A stretch of DNA of 64,000 bases from contig OX044365.1 in the NCBI GenBank assembly GCA_943846755.1, positions 2,082,747 through 2,146,746 on the forward strand, given 5' to 3'. The notes beneath the pieces were generated by a model, which saw nothing but the letters and a program-made list of their open reading frames with translations, did no database searches and was not told the DNA's origin. This document shows positions 47,798-57,573 of the stretch, one piece after another. How positions within the stretch are numbered: the stretch's first letter is position 1; each line of letters opens with the position of its first letter. A program made the translations under genes and the position numbers. Source of the stretch: an uncultured Flavobacteriales bacterium. Lineage in GTDB: Bacteria; Bacteroidota; Bacteroidia; Flavobacteriales_D; Sanyastnellaceae.

Positions 47798-50700
47798 ATG
47801 GAGGAGACTGGTGGTTTCCGTGTGATGCGGGCCTCGGCGGGCAGCGGTAAAACGTTTCGATTGGTCGAGGCTTACCTCGCTTGTTGCTTGGGGTCAAAGG
47901 AGCCGCTGCGCTTTCGGCGCATTTTGGCCTTGACCTTTACCAACAAGGCGGCCCAAGAGATGAAGGACCGCGTCATTTCTGAACTCGACATATTGGCGGT
48001 AGACGTCGCCCGCAGCAAGCACCTCAGTGGATTGCTTCAGGCGACGGGATTGGACGAATCGGAGCTTGCCCAGCGCGCGGCTCAGCTGCGGCGCACCTTA
48101 CAGCGCCATTATGGGGAGTTGTCGGTGATGACGCTCGATAAGTTTGTGGGCGGGTTGGTCCGGGGCTTTGCTACGGACTTGCAGTTGGAGCACGACTTTT
48201 CGATCGAGCTCGATACGGCCCGGCTGCTGGAGTCCGCTGTGGACCGTGTGCTTGACCGAATGGGGCGCGATGAAGACTTGACGGAATTGTTGGGTCGTTT
48301 TGTAGAGCAGGCGGTGGAGGATGACCGCGACGCCAAGGTGCGCAGGCAGCTCATCGACATTGGTGAGGCCATCGAGCAAGAGCAAATGCAGCCTCTTTTG
48401 CGGGCCTTTGCAGCGTGGACGCCCGCGGAATTTTTGGAAGTCCAAGACGGGATGCGCCAGGAGGTCAGCCAGAAGCGCGCTGCCTTGCGCAAAGCGGCGC
48501 GCGAACTTGCTGAGGCGTTATCGGCCGCGGGTTTGGATGAGGTCTTTACCAGCAAATGGGTGACCACCAAATGGCTTCCCAGCATCATAGCGGGAAAGGC
48601 GGAGGAGCGGGGCAGCACCCTCACCAAAGGGACGGAAAACGGCCAGTGGGCGAAGAAAACCGATCTAGAAGGCGCTGCAGCCATTGCCCCTTTTCAGGAA
48701 CAACTTGAGGCCGTGGCCCGGTTGGAATTGGAGCAAGCCAAATGTGCCTCAGGGCGGGATTACAGAACGCGGCGATTGCTGGCTGAGCGCTTGCCGTTGA
48801 TTGGAACCCTCACCGCGTTGCGTCGGGCGAGTTTGGAGGTGCAGGCCGAAGAAAATGTGCGCACCCTGGGTGGCTTGAATGCCATGATTGCCGATGTAGT
48901 GGCGGAGAATCCGGCGCCTTTTATTTTCGAAAGAACCGGAGAGCGCTACGATCACATTTTTATCGATGAGTTCCAAGACACCTCTGTCACGCAATGGCAC
49001 AATTTGGCCGTTGCCGTGAGCGAAACGCTGGCTCAGGGGTACTTGTCGTTGGTGGTGGGCGATGCCAAACAGGCCATCTACCGCTGGCGCAATGGAGATC
49101 ACAGACAGCTGTTGTCGCTGCCCGATTTGGTTTCCGATGCTCCCGGGGGATTGCCCCCTGCTTTGAGCGATGCTGCCGGACAAATGGCGGCTGCTTTTGA
49201 GGATGAGCCCATTTTAGACAACTGGCGGAGTGCACCGGAAATCGTGCGGTTCAACAATGCCCTCTACACCACTTTGGGAGAAGGTTTGGGGGCAGACTTG
49301 AGTGCCGTTTACACAGGGTCTGCGCAGGAACCGCGCAAGGATTTTCCCGGTGCCGTGGAGGTGGAGGTGGTTCAAGGGGAGACGGCGGACGAGCGCTTTG
49401 AAGCGGTGTGCTTGTGGATGGAAGCCCGCATTCGGGGCGCCATGGAGGACGGGTTCTCTCCAGGAGACATCGCACTGCTTGTGCGCACCAACAAAGAAGC
49501 CAAGCAGCTCGCTGAGTTCCTGTTGGGATGTACCCCAACCATTGTGCCTTTTACAGATGAAAGCTTGGCCTTGGGCCGGCACCCGGCAGCTTTGGCTGTG
49601 GTGCAGTTGCTGGAGCTTGTGGTGGACCCCGTAGCCCCGGGCCCCTTGCTCAAATTCGTGCAGGCATGGGGTGCGATGGAAGTCGAGGCCGGTCGGCCTT
49701 GGAGCGAAGCTGCACATTTGGCCAAGCACCACAAGTGGAAGGAATACACCCGGAGCAACGGAACAAAAGGGAAGTATGGAACCCTCGATACCGAAAAGTT
49801 GGTGCAGGATTTAATTCCCGGTTTTGACCGCGCGCAATGGTCGGCATTGCCGCTTGGAGAATGCATGGGCCGGGTCTTGAGGAGCCTCGATGTGGACACG
49901 CGTTATCCGGCGCACGCTGAGGCGCTGATGGAATTGACTTCGGAGCGGGCTGCCATGGACCATGGCATTGCCGGCTTTCTGTCGCATTGGCAGAGAAAAG
50001 GGGCACAGCAGTCCATTCGCGTTTTGCCGGGTCCTGATGCCGTTCGAATTTTGACGGTGCACAAAAGCAAGGGGCTGCAGTACCCTGTGGTCATTACCCG
50101 TTTCGGAGACTCCGACATCCACAACACCGACACATTGATGCCGGCGCACTTGGATGCTGAGGTGTACGGTGTTCCTGGTGTGGTGGTGCCCCAACATGTT
50201 CTGTCAGAGACTGCCGCGCATGAAGTGTGGGACCTTGAACATGCCCGCCAACGGTTTGACTCCACCAATGTGGCGTATGTCTGCAGCACGCGCGCTGAGG
50301 TGCGTTTGCATGTCATCATTGATGTCAAAAAGATGGAATGGCGCAAGGAAGAAGCGCCAGGTAAACTGGGACGTATGGTCGCTCGGGGCATTGAGGACGC
50401 GTTTTCTTGCGACCTGACTTCAGGCCCGTGGTTTACGGGAGATTTGACCACAGCAGTTCCCCTCCCGGAGGAGGACAAGGCGCGAGATGTGGTGTCCCAC
50501 GCCATTTCTGGATTTGCGTTTCACGGCATTCCCGACGGCGTGTTGGCAGGCCGGCGAGAAGACCGCGATTTGCCGGTTTTGGGTGCCATGGACCGGCGGG
50601 AATTTGGAAACGCGGTGCATGCGGTTTTGGCTCGGATTCGCACAGCAGATGACGCTGAGCGGGTGTTCCAAAGGCGCTGGCCATGGCTCAAATGCGCTGA

Positions 50701-51037
50701 ACAGGATTGGGAAAAAGTGGTCCATGCGGCGCGCAGCGTGCTGGCCTCTTCAGCCATGGCGCCGTGGTTTGATGGCCGGGGTAAGGTCTACTTGGAACGG
50801 GACCTTGTCGGTGCCGATGGGAAAATGGTCCGCCCCGACCGTGTTGTGGACCTCGGCGATGAAATCGCAGTGATCGATTTTAAAACGGCCGAAGAGTCTG
50901 ACGAGAAAAAACGGAAGGAACACGCCAAGCAGGTTCGGGCTTACATGCAGGCCTTACAGCGCCACGACGGCCCGAGGGTACGGGGACTCGTGTACTATGT
51001 TGTCCTTGACGAAGTGGTAGAAATCGAAGCCCTTTAA
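47798..51037 (+). CDS. UvrD/Rep-family helicase fused to a C-terminal PD-(D/E)XK nuclease, AddA-like, about 1079 aa
   Basis: Walker A RASAGSGKTFRLVEAYL about 10 residues after ATG 47798 (alternative starts at 47756 and 47720). Helicase motifs (FIDEFQDTS, VGDAKQAIYRWRNGD, TVHKSKGLQYPVV). C-terminal RPDRVVDLGDEIAVIDFKT. Confidence 0.85.
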   Translation: MEETGGFRVMRASAGSGKTFRLVEAYLACCLGSKEPLRFRRILALTFTNKAAQEMKDRVISELDILAVDVARSKHLSGLLQATGLDESELAQRAAQLRRTLQRHYGELSVMTLDKFVGGLVRGFATDLQLEHDFSIELDTARLLESAVDRVLDRMGRDEDLTELLGRFVEQAVEDDRDAKVRRQLIDIGEAIEQEQMQPLLRAFAAWTPAEFLEVQDGMRQEVSQKRAALRKAARELAEALSAAGLDEVFTSKWVTTKWLPSIIAGKAEERGSTLTKGTENGQWAKKTDLEGAAAIAPFQEQLEAVARLELEQAKCASGRDYRTRRLLAERLPLIGTLTALRRASLEVQAEENVRTLGGLNAMIADVVAENPAPFIFERTGERYDHIFIDEFQDTSVTQWHNLAVAVSETLAQGYLSLVVGDAKQAIYRWRNGDHRQLLSLPDLVSDAPGGLPPALSDAAGQMAAAFEDEPILDNWRSAPEIVRFNNALYTTLGEGLGADLSAVYTGSAQEPRKDFPGAVEVEVVQGETADERFEAVCLWMEARIRGAMEDGFSPGDIALLVRTNKEAKQLAEFLLGCTPTIVPFTDESLALGRHPAALAVVQLLELVVDPVAPGPLLKFVQAWGAMEVEAGRPWSEAAHLAKHHKWKEYTRSNGTKGKYGTLDTEKLVQDLIPGFDRAQWSALPLGECMGRVLRSLDVDTRYPAHAEALMELTSERAAMDHGIAGFLSHWQRKGAQQSIRVLPGPDAVRILTVHKSKGLQYPVVITRFGDSDIHNTDTLMPAHLDAEVYGVPGVVVPQHVLSETAAHEVWDLEHARQRFDSTNVAYVCSTRAEVRLHVIIDVKKMEWRKEEAPGKLGRMVARGIEDAFSCDLTSGPWFTGDLTTAVPLPEEDKARDVVSHAISGFAFHGIPDGVLAGRREDRDLPVLGAMDRREFGNAVHAVLARIRTADDAERVFQRRWPWLKCAEQDWEKVVHAARSVLASSAMAPWFDGRGKVYLERDLVGADGKMVRPDRVVDLGDEIAVIDFKTAEESDEKKRKEHAKQVRAYMQALQRHDGPRVRGLVYYVVLDEVVEIEAL

Positions 51038-51040
51038 AGT

Positions 51041-52138
51041 TCAGGCTTCGTGCTGGTTGAGGATGTCGTGGCCTCCATCGAGGAGGTACTTGTCCCGCTT
51101 GAACAAGGCGAGGTCTGAAGCCACCATTTCTGAGCAGAGCTGCTCGAGGGTATGTGAAGGCGTCCAGCCCAGTTTTTCCTTGGCTTTGGTGGCATCTCCG
51201 ACCAACAACTCGACCTCAGTGGGGCGGAAGTAGCGCGGGTCAACAGCGACCAGGGTCTTGCCGGTCTTTTTGTCGATGCCCACCTCTTCGACGCCTTTGC
51301 CCTTCCATTCGATGTCGATGCCGACTTGTGTAAAGGCCATGTCCACAAACGAGCGGATGGTGACGGTGCGCCCTGTGGCCAGCACATAGTCGTCGGATTC
51401 GCTTTGCTGCAGCATGCGCCACATGCCTTCCACGTAATCTTTGGCATGGCCCCAATCCCTCTGCGCATCGAGGTTGCCCAAGTGGATGTTTTCTTGGAGG
51501 CCCAAGGAAATCTTGGCCACGGCCCTTGTGATTTTCCGGGTCACAAAAGTCTCCCCACGCAATGGGCTCTCGTGGTTGAACAAGATTCCGTTCGATGCAT
51601 GAATGCCATAGGCTTCACGGTAGTTCTTGACGATCCAGAAGCTGTACAGCTTGGCCACCCCGTAAGGGCTTCGGGGGTAAAACGGCGTCGTTTCGGATTG
51701 CGGCACTTCTTGCACGAGACCGTACAACTCAGAGGTCGAGGCTTGGTAGAAGCGCACGTCCTGTTCCATGCCGAGGATGCGGATGGCTTCCAGCAGGCGG
51801 AGGGTGCCCAGGCCATCTGCGTTGGCGGTATACTCTGGGGTATCGAAGCTGACTTTGACGTGGCTCATGGCCGCGAGGTTGTAAATCTCATGCGGCTTGA
51901 CCTCCTGCACGATGCGGATGAGGTTGGTGGAATCCGTGAGGTCCCCGTAGTGCAGCTTGAGCCTGACGTTCTTTTCGTGCGGATCCTGATAGAGGTGGTC
52001 GATTCTATCGGTGTTGAACAGCGAAGCGCGCCGCTTGATCCCGTGGACCTCGTAGCCTTTTGAAAGCAGCAATTCTGTCAGGTAGGCGCCGTCTTGCCCG
52101 GTAATGCCGGTGATGAGCGCGCGTCGTGTAGAGGCCAT
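51041..52138 (-). CDS. gmd: GDP-mannose 4,6-dehydratase, 365 aa
   Basis: [33 protein letters not shown]...; full length. I start at ATG 52138, two codons inside the TTG of the track ORF. Confidence 0.95.
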   Translation of the reverse strand: MASTRRALITGITGQDGAYLTELLLSKGYEVHGIKRRASLFNTDRIDHLYQDPHEKNVRLKLHYGDLTDSTNLIRIVQEVKPHEIYNLAAMSHVKVSFDTPEYTANADGLGTLRLLEAIRILGMEQDVRFYQASTSELYGLVQEVPQSETTPFYPRSPYGVAKLYSFWIVKNYREAYGIHASNGILFNHESPLRGETFVTRKITRAVAKISLGLQENIHLGNLDAQRDWGHAKDYVEGMWRMLQQSESDDYVLATGRTVTIRSFVDMAFTQVGIDIEWKGKGVEEVGIDKKTGKTLVAVDPRYFRPTEVELLVGDATKAKEKLGWTPSHTLEQLCSEMVASDLALFKRDKYLLDGGHDILNQHEA

Positions 52139-52141
52139 GCT

Positions 52142-52149
52142 CAAATTTA
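52142..52149 (-). promoter_or_regulatory. Perfect -7 box TAAATTTG 3 nt before the gmd ATG
   Basis: The minus strand reads TAAATTTGagcATG. Lies in the 29-nt gap after the ABC transporter stop. Confidence 0.35.
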
Positions 52150-52167
52150 CACCTACACGGCGGGACT

Positions 52168-54045
52168 TCAGCCGACTTCGCCGTCGGTTTTGGGACCGTA
52201 ATTGTCGAGTTGGTGTTCGACGAGTTCGCGGTAGCGGCCGTTGCGGGCCATCAGCTCTTCGTGGGTGCCGATTTCGGCGATTTGTCCGGCCTCCAATACG
52301 GCAATGCGGTCGGCTGAACGCACGGTGGACAGCCGGTGGGCGATCACCAAGGAGGTGCGCCCTTTCATGAGCCGGTCCAAAGCGATTTGGATGGACTTTT
52401 CGCTGGAGGCGTCCAAGGCGCTCGTGGCCTCATCGAGGATGAGCAGGTCGGGATCGCGCAGGAAGGCGCGCGCCAGGGCGATGCGTTGGCGCTGTCCGCC
52501 AGACAATTGCACGCCCCGTTCGCCCACCAGGGTGTCGAACCCGTCGGGGAAGCCTTTTATAAAGTCGAGGGCGAGGGCGTCAGTGGCGGCCTGTTTGACA
52601 TCGCTTTCCGAAGCATTGGGCCTGCCGTAACGGATGTTTTCTTCGATGGTGCCACCAAAGAGGATGACTTCTTGGGGGACCAAGGCCATGCGGCGGCGCA
52701 GCGAAGTCAAGTCATGGTCTTGAATCGGCTTACTGTCAATGCTGAGTTGCCCCGAGGTGGGCCACCTGAATCCAGTGAGCAGCGTGGCAATGGTCGACTT
52801 TCCAGCGCCAGACCCCCCCACCAGAGCGAGCGTCTCTCCCGCATGGAGTTCCAAGTCGATGCCCTGGAGTACCTCCACATCGGAGCGGTTGGGATAGTGG
52901 AAACCGACTTTGTCGAAGCGCACCGACAGACGCTGTTCGCCAGTCTGCTCGTCGCGTTCGTCGTCGAGGGAAATGGCCTCTCGTTCGGCCTCTACCAGAT
53001 CCATGACCTCTTCGATGGCACCGAACCCGCGTTGCAGGTCGCCAAAGATGTTGGCGAGTCCACCGATGCTGCCTGCCACAAGCCCCGTCATCAGCAGAAA
53101 GCTAAAGAACTGCTCAGAACTCAATTCACCGGACTGTAGCATGGAAGCGCCTTGGAACAGCACCAGCGTGATCGCCCCGAAAATCATCACGATGATGAAG
53201 CTGGCGAAAGCGCCGCGCCACAGCGCTGTTTTGAGCGCAATCCCTCGGACCGCTTCCACACGGTGGCGGTAACGCGTGAGCTCATAGGCTTCGCGTGCAA
53301 AAGCCTTGACGCTCACAATGCCAGTGAGGGTCTCCGAAACGATGGTGTTGGACTCGGCCACGGCCTGTTGTGTCTGCTTGGACATGGTCCGAATGAACCT
53401 TCCGAAGAACATGGCTGCCAGAATGGCCACGGGCAAGGAGCCCAGCATCCACAAGGTGAGCTGCCAGCTAAAGGTCATCAGGGCGAGCAGGCCTCCACCG
53501 ATGATGATGGTCTGGCGCACCAGCTCTGCCAAGACCGTCGTAAAGGTGTCGCGGATGGCTTCGATGTCGGCGGCGATGCGGCTTCCGAGGTCGCCCACCC
53601 TTCGGGTATCAAAGAAGGCCATCGGCTGGGTGATCATGCCTGCGAAGGCATCTTCGCGCAGCGCCTTGAGCATGCGCGTTGTGATTTCACCAAAGAGCCA
53701 GATTCGGATGAAGCTCAGTGCAGATTGCAGGATGAGCACAGCAAAAATCGCGGTGCCGATGCTCTTGAGGTCACCGGCATCGATGGGCAAAGGCAATTCA
53801 AATCCAGTCCCGCCGGCTTGGGCATCCACTCCGACGCCACCCAGTTGTCCCCACAGTCTGGTGACGACGAGCGTGAGCACCCCTGACAGTGTGATGAGTA
53901 CGATGCCGAAAGCAAATTTGATGCGGTGGGGGCGCAGGTAGGGTGCAATCCGTCCGAATTGGCGAAAACCGTCCCGATTGAGCTTGCCCTTTTTAGGGGG
54001 CGGTGCATTGGGATCCTCTGGAAGATTGGATGCGCGTCGGGCCAC
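52168..54045 (-). CDS. ABC transporter, fused permease/ATP-binding protein (MsbA-like exporter), 625 aa
   Basis: Six N-terminal helices, Walker [10 protein letters not shown], signature [14 protein letters not shown], Walker [16 protein letters not shown] start in the track. Confidence 0.9.
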   Translation of the reverse strand: MARRASNLPEDPNAPPPKKGKLNRDGFRQFGRIAPYLRPHRIKFAFGIVLITLSGVLTLVVTRLWGQLGGVGVDAQAGGTGFELPLPIDAGDLKSIGTAIFAVLILQSALSFIRIWLFGEITTRMLKALREDAFAGMITQPMAFFDTRRVGDLGSRIAADIEAIRDTFTTVLAELVRQTIIIGGGLLALMTFSWQLTLWMLGSLPVAILAAMFFGRFIRTMSKQTQQAVAESNTIVSETLTGIVSVKAFAREAYELTRYRHRVEAVRGIALKTALWRGAFASFIIVMIFGAITLVLFQGASMLQSGELSSEQFFSFLLMTGLVAGSIGGLANIFGDLQRGFGAIEEVMDLVEAEREAISLDDERDEQTGEQRLSVRFDKVGFHYPNRSDVEVLQGIDLELHAGETLALVGGSGAGKSTIATLLTGFRWPTSGQLSIDSKPIQDHDLTSLRRRMALVPQEVILFGGTIEENIRYGRPNASESDVKQAATDALALDFIKGFPDGFDTLVGERGVQLSGGQRQRIALARAFLRDPDLLILDEATSALDASSEKSIQIALDRLMKGRTSLVIAHRLSTVRSADRIAVLEAGQIAEIGTHEELMARNGRYRELVEHQLDNYGPKTDGEVG

Positions 54046-54073
54046 TTTGTGGAGGGAAATTCCGGTGTAGGGC

Positions 54074-54081
54074 CAAAGCTA
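54074..54081 (-). promoter_or_regulatory. Perfect -7 box TAGCTTTG upstream of the ABC transporter gene
   Basis: Plus strand CAAAGCTA. The box ends 28 nt upstream of the GTG at 54045. Confidence 0.4.
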
Positions 54082-54161
54082 AGATGTCCGACCTTGCACC
54101 CTGCGCAAAAGGGGCATTAGAACACAGGCGGTGGGAACTGCGGTTTTCTCGTTTCGTTGCC

Positions 54162-54169
54162 TATCTTTG
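54162..54169 (+). promoter_or_regulatory. Perfect -7 box TATCTTTG upstream of rpmH
   Basis: Context CCTATCTTTGCG. The box ends 28 nt before the rpmH ATG. Confidence 0.45.
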
Positions 54170-54197
54170 CGCTCCCGATTTTGAATACCCCTGTGTT

Positions 54198-54365
54198 ATG
54201 AAAAGGACATTTCAACCCTCCGTTCGCAAGCGTCGCAACAAGCATGGCTTCCGCGAGCGCATGTCTTCGGCCGCTGGTCGCGCTGTTCTTTCAGCACGCC
54301 GCCGCAAGGGACGCAAGAAGTTGTCGGTATCTGATGACCGCCGCCACAAAGGCATCGAGCGTTAA
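54198..54365 (+). CDS. rpmH: 50S ribosomal protein L34, 55 aa
   Basis: [22 protein letters not shown]... is the L34 signature. It lies inside the longer track ORF 54003..54365. Confidence 0.95.
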   Translation: MKRTFQPSVRKRRNKHGFRERMSSAAGRAVLSARRRKGRKKLSVSDDRRHKGIER

Positions 54366-54389
54366 GGCGCTGAGCTTCTAGACATTGAT

Positions 54390-54417
54390 AGGGCGCCCAT
54401 GGGGCGTCCTTTTTTTT
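54390..54417 (+). terminator. Rho-independent terminator after rpmH
   Basis: AGGGCGCCC-AUG-GGGCGUCCU forms 9 bp (one G-U), followed by a run of 7-8 U (54410..54417). Confidence 0.6.
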
Positions 54418-54426
54418 GCGCCTTTT

Positions 54427-55002
54427 TTAGGCCTGTTCGTTGTTCAGGGCTACGGCGAGCCAAGCTGTTGGGCTTGAGAGCTGCTGCCATGAGATGTCCA
54501 GGTCCATGCCCTGAACTGTTGCCGTTGCGCGCGCAGAGTGGTTGTGTACGGCCTTCCATTCAAGACCCGTCAAGAAATCAAGACCACTGCCAAACACCTT
54601 AAAGGCCGCTTCTTTTGCCGTCCACAAACGGCACAAGGTGTCGAGGTTGTCGCCGAAAACGTCGAGAACAGGCTGGTCCGCAGGACCGACAAAGCGACGG
54701 CGTGCCTTTTGAAGCCTGGGAGTTGCCGCCTCTACATCGATGCCAATGGGAACAGGGGAGTGTGCGGCAAAAACCCAGCCCCCCCCATGTGACACGCTGC
54801 AGTGGCCATGTTCCACAATGGGCTTGCCGTTGGGCAGTTTTGATGGTTTTGGCCAACCCGACCGCTGCAAGAGGGCGTCTGTAAGGGCCCGTTGGTCCGA
54901 AATGGGACCTTCGCAAGGTTCTCCAATGAGCGCGGCATGGTCTGCAAGGGTCATGGACAGGGGCTTTTCGGGCATGAAAAAACGAGATTGATGCGATGGC
55001 AA
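54427..55002 (-). CDS. 4'-phosphopantetheinyl transferase superfamily protein, 191 aa
   Basis: [13 protein letters not shown]...IGIDVE and [13 protein letters not shown] motifs. Confidence 0.8.
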   Translation of the reverse strand: MPSHQSRFFMPEKPLSMTLADHAALIGEPCEGPISDQRALTDALLQRSGWPKPSKLPNGKPIVEHGHCSVSHGGGWVFAAHSPVPIGIDVEAATPRLQKARRRFVGPADQPVLDVFGDNLDTLCRLWTAKEAAFKVFGSGLDFLTGLEWKAVHNHSARATATVQGMDLDISWQQLSSPTAWLAVALNNEQA

Positions 55003-55042
55003 ACCGGTGTTAATCCTGTTTTTCAGCCTGTTACGTGGCGGC

Positions 55043-55050
55043 TATCTTTG
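55043..55050 (+). promoter_or_regulatory. Perfect -7 box TATCTTTG upstream of ahcY
   Basis: Context GGCTATCTTTGCA. The box ends 22 nt before the ahcY ATG at 55073. Confidence 0.45.
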
Positions 55051-55072
55051 CACCAAATATCAAAAAGAACGC

Positions 55073-56393
55073 ATGAGCGTCTCCAATACTACCACCGCAT
55101 TGCCTTACAAGGTTAAGGACATCAATTTGGCCGAGTGGGGCCGAAAGGAAATCCAGCTTGCGGAAGCTGAAATGCCGGGCTTGATGGCCTTGCGTGACCG
55201 TTACCGTGACGAGAAGCCTTTGACAGGAGCTCGCGTAGCGGGTTGTCTTGCACATGACCATTCAGACTGCTGTGTTGATTGAGACCCTCGTGGATCTCGG
55301 CGCAGATGTGACTTGGTCCAGCTGCAACATCTTCTCTACCCAGGACCATGCCGCAGCTGCCATTGCTGCCGCGGGCATTCCTGTTTATGCTTGGAAGGGC
55401 ATGACTGAAGAAGAGTATGAGTGGTGCATCGAGCAAACCTTGTTCTTTGGAGAAGACCGCAAACCGTTGAACATGATTCTGGACGATGGAGGTGACCTCA
55501 CCAACGTCATTCTCGATCAGCATCCTGAGCTTGCAGGCGGCATCAAAGGCATCTCTGAGGAGACGACTACGGGTGTTTTGCGTTTGTATGACCGCGAGAG
55601 GAATGGCACATTGCCGATGCCAGCGATCAACGTCAACGACAGCGTGACCAAGAGCAAGTTTGACAACAAATATGGCTGCCGCGAATCCTGTGTGGACGCG
55701 ATTCGCCGTGCCACCGACATCATGATGGCAGGCAAGGTGGCTTGTGTTGCTGGATTCGGTGACGTGGGCAAGGGTTCAGCTGAAAGCTTGCGCCATGCTG
55801 GTTGCCGCGTGATCGTGAGCGAAGTCGATCCAATCTGCGCTTTGCAAGCCGCCATGGAAGGCTTTGAAGTCAAGAAGTTCGTGGACGCATGTGCTGAATC
55901 GGACATCGTAGTTACGGCTACGGGCAACAAGGACATCGTGACTGGAGAACACTTCAAGGTCATGAAGGACAAAGCCATTGTCTGCAACATCGGTCACTTT
56001 GACAATGAGATTGACGTGGCTTGGCTCAAGGAGAACCACGGTTCGAGCCATGACAACATCAAGCCTCAGGTAGACATGTACACCATTGATGGCAAGGACA
56101 TCATCTTGTTGGCTGAAGGCCGACTTGTGAACCTTGGTTGTGCGACCGGTCACCCATCGTTTGTGATGAGTGCCAGCTTCACAAACCAAACCATCGCTCA
56201 GATTGAGCTCTGGAAGAACGCGGCCAATTACGAGAACAAGGTGTACACCTTGCCAAAGCACCTCGATGAGGAGGTGGCACGTTTGCACCTCGAGAAGATC
56301 GGCGTGGATTTGGAAGTCATGAGCAAGGAGCAAGCCGACTACATCGGTGTGCCCCAGCATGGTCCATTCAAGTCAGATGCTTACCGCTACTGA
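55073..56393 (+). pseudogene. ahcY: Adenosylhomocysteinase interrupted by a single extra base near 55250 (true pseudogene or sequence error)
   Basis: The N-terminal 59 codons ([59 protein letters not shown]) are in frame 55073. The rest ([33 protein letters not shown]...) is in the frame of track ORF 55248..56393. Deleting one base in ctt-g-cac-atg (55247..55256) restores the conserved ...[17 protein letters not shown]... junction and a protein of about 439 aa. Confidence 0.9.
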
Positions 56394-56418
56394 TCCGAGA
56401 GGAATCCTATGATGAACG

Positions 56419-56446
56419 AAAAGCCCCGGTTTTACCGGGGCTTTTT
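56419..56446. terminator. Bidirectional rho-independent terminator between ahcY and the convergent lipoprotein gene
   Basis: GAAAA-GCCCCGG-UUUUA-CCGGGGC-UUUUU: a perfect 7-bp GC-rich stem (56423..56429 with 56435..56441) flanked by an A-run and a U-run. Confidence 0.8.
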
Positions 56447-56453
56447 CGTTGGG

Positions 56454-56867
56454 TCAATTTTGGATGGACAGCACGGGAGGGATCCAGGTTGTGGTGTAGC
56501 GTTCCAATGGTGCCGTGGTCGGGCCTTGGATGATGGAGCCGTCAAAGATGTACCACTGTGAATCGCTGCAAGGGTCTAGGATGGTGTAGCCATCTTGAGA
56601 CAGGGTGCATTGGCATCCTGCTCCAACATCAAAGGTGGCGTGGCGGTCGAGCACCACAAATTCGTCGAGCGTATAGCGGTATACAATGAGTCCTCTGCTT
56701 CCGCCCGATATGTAGAGCCAGTTTCCTGGGAAATTCAAGCTGTTGTAAGCGGGTAGGCCCAAATTGAGGTCAATGTTGACGTCCACGTAGGGGATGACAC
56801 CGGGGGTGTCGCGACAACTGCTCATGGGCAGACATGCCAGCAGCAGGATGGTCCAGGTTAAACGCAT
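56454..56867 (-). CDS. Lipoprotein with degenerate Rieske-like fold (by eye), 137 aa
   Basis: Lipobox LLLACLPMSSC. GGSRGLIVYR...VLDRHATFD...LDPCSDSQWYIFDGSIIQGPTTAPLERY resembles a Rieske domain (C-x-H ... C-x-x-H-G-S-x-F-x-x-x-G ... GP...PL..Y), but the His ligands are not visible. Confidence 0.55.
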   Translation of the reverse strand: MRLTWTILLLACLPMSSCRDTPGVIPYVDVNIDLNLGLPAYNSLNFPGNWLYISGGSRGLIVYRYTLDEFVVLDRHATFDVGAGCQCTLSQDGYTILDPCSDSQWYIFDGSIIQGPTTAPLERYTTTWIPPVLSIQN

Positions 56868-56870
56868 GCT

Positions 56871-57569
56871 TCAAGAGGTTTTGGAACGCAGGCCGAGGGG
56901 ATCTTTGGGTCTGCCAGGGACGAAATCTTTGAGATAGAACGGCTCAAAGTCCGCTACATTTTCGGTGCGGCCTGCGGCGAGCAATTCTGCGGCTTCGGGC
57001 AGCAAGTCAGCGGCTGTTGGAAAGGTCTGCAAGAATTGCCATTCCGTGTCTTGGCCCGAAAGGACTTCCTTGCATTTCTCGGCACCATCCCCCACGAGCA
57101 AGGCGGGGCCAGCTCCGAGTTCGGTTCTGAACGAGTCGTCTACAATGGTGGCGGTGGGCTGACCATCCGCTGAGAGGGTATAGATTTCCAAGCGCCTTGC
57201 ATCGATGGCGGGTATGATGCGGGTGGGGTGATCGGCAAACTGCGGATGTTGCACGGCGCCTTGGCGCTGCAGGCCTCTCAATGGACAGGGTGCCAGAAGG
57301 GGGATCTGAAGGGCTGTGCACATCCCTTTGGCCGCTGATGTCCCAATCCGTAAACCTGTGAATGAGCCGGGTCCTTTGCCGACCGCTACTGCCGATAGAT
57401 CGCGGGGTTGAGCTCCTTCTTCCCGGAGCAATTCGTCGATGATGACGTGCAGTTTTTCGGCATGCAGGTATTGGCCATCAGAGACTTCACGGGTCTTGAT
57501 GTGGGTGCCGTCTGGTTGACCGAGTGCCACCGAACAATTGAGCGTGGAGGTCTCGAGCAAGAGAATCAT
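56871..57569 (-). CDS. tsaB: tRNA threonylcarbamoyladenosine biosynthesis protein TsaB, 232 aa
   Basis: MILLLETSTLNCSVALG...GKGPGSFTGLRIGTSAAKGM. Track ORF trimmed to ATG 57569. Confidence 0.9.
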   Translation of the reverse strand: MILLLETSTLNCSVALGQPDGTHIKTREVSDGQYLHAEKLHVIIDELLREEGAQPRDLSAVAVGKGPGSFTGLRIGTSAAKGMCTALQIPLLAPCPLRGLQRQGAVQHPQFADHPTRIIPAIDARRLEIYTLSADGQPTATIVDDSFRTELGAGPALLVGDGAEKCKEVLSGQDTEWQFLQTFPTAADLLPEAAELLAAGRTENVADFEPFYLKDFVPGRPKDPLGLRSKTS

Positions 57570-57573
57570 GGCC

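Noticed and set aside
51326-53886. Three plus-strand ORFs of 244-267 aa (51326..52063, 52336..53139, 53152..53886)
   Set aside because: Antisense to gmd and to the ABC transporter. No motifs.
55003-55072. Possible SAH/SAM-type riboswitch upstream of ahcY
   Set aside because: Only about 70 nt separate the genes, and the predicted transcript leader after the -7 box is about 18 nt. That leaves no room for an aptamer.
55241-55256. Programmed +1 ribosomal frameshifting as an explanation for the ahcY break (and the adaptor break at 58421..58432)
   Set aside because: Neither site has the in-frame stop, slippery codon or upstream SD-like stimulator seen in prfB-type sites. An error or mutation is more parsimonious.
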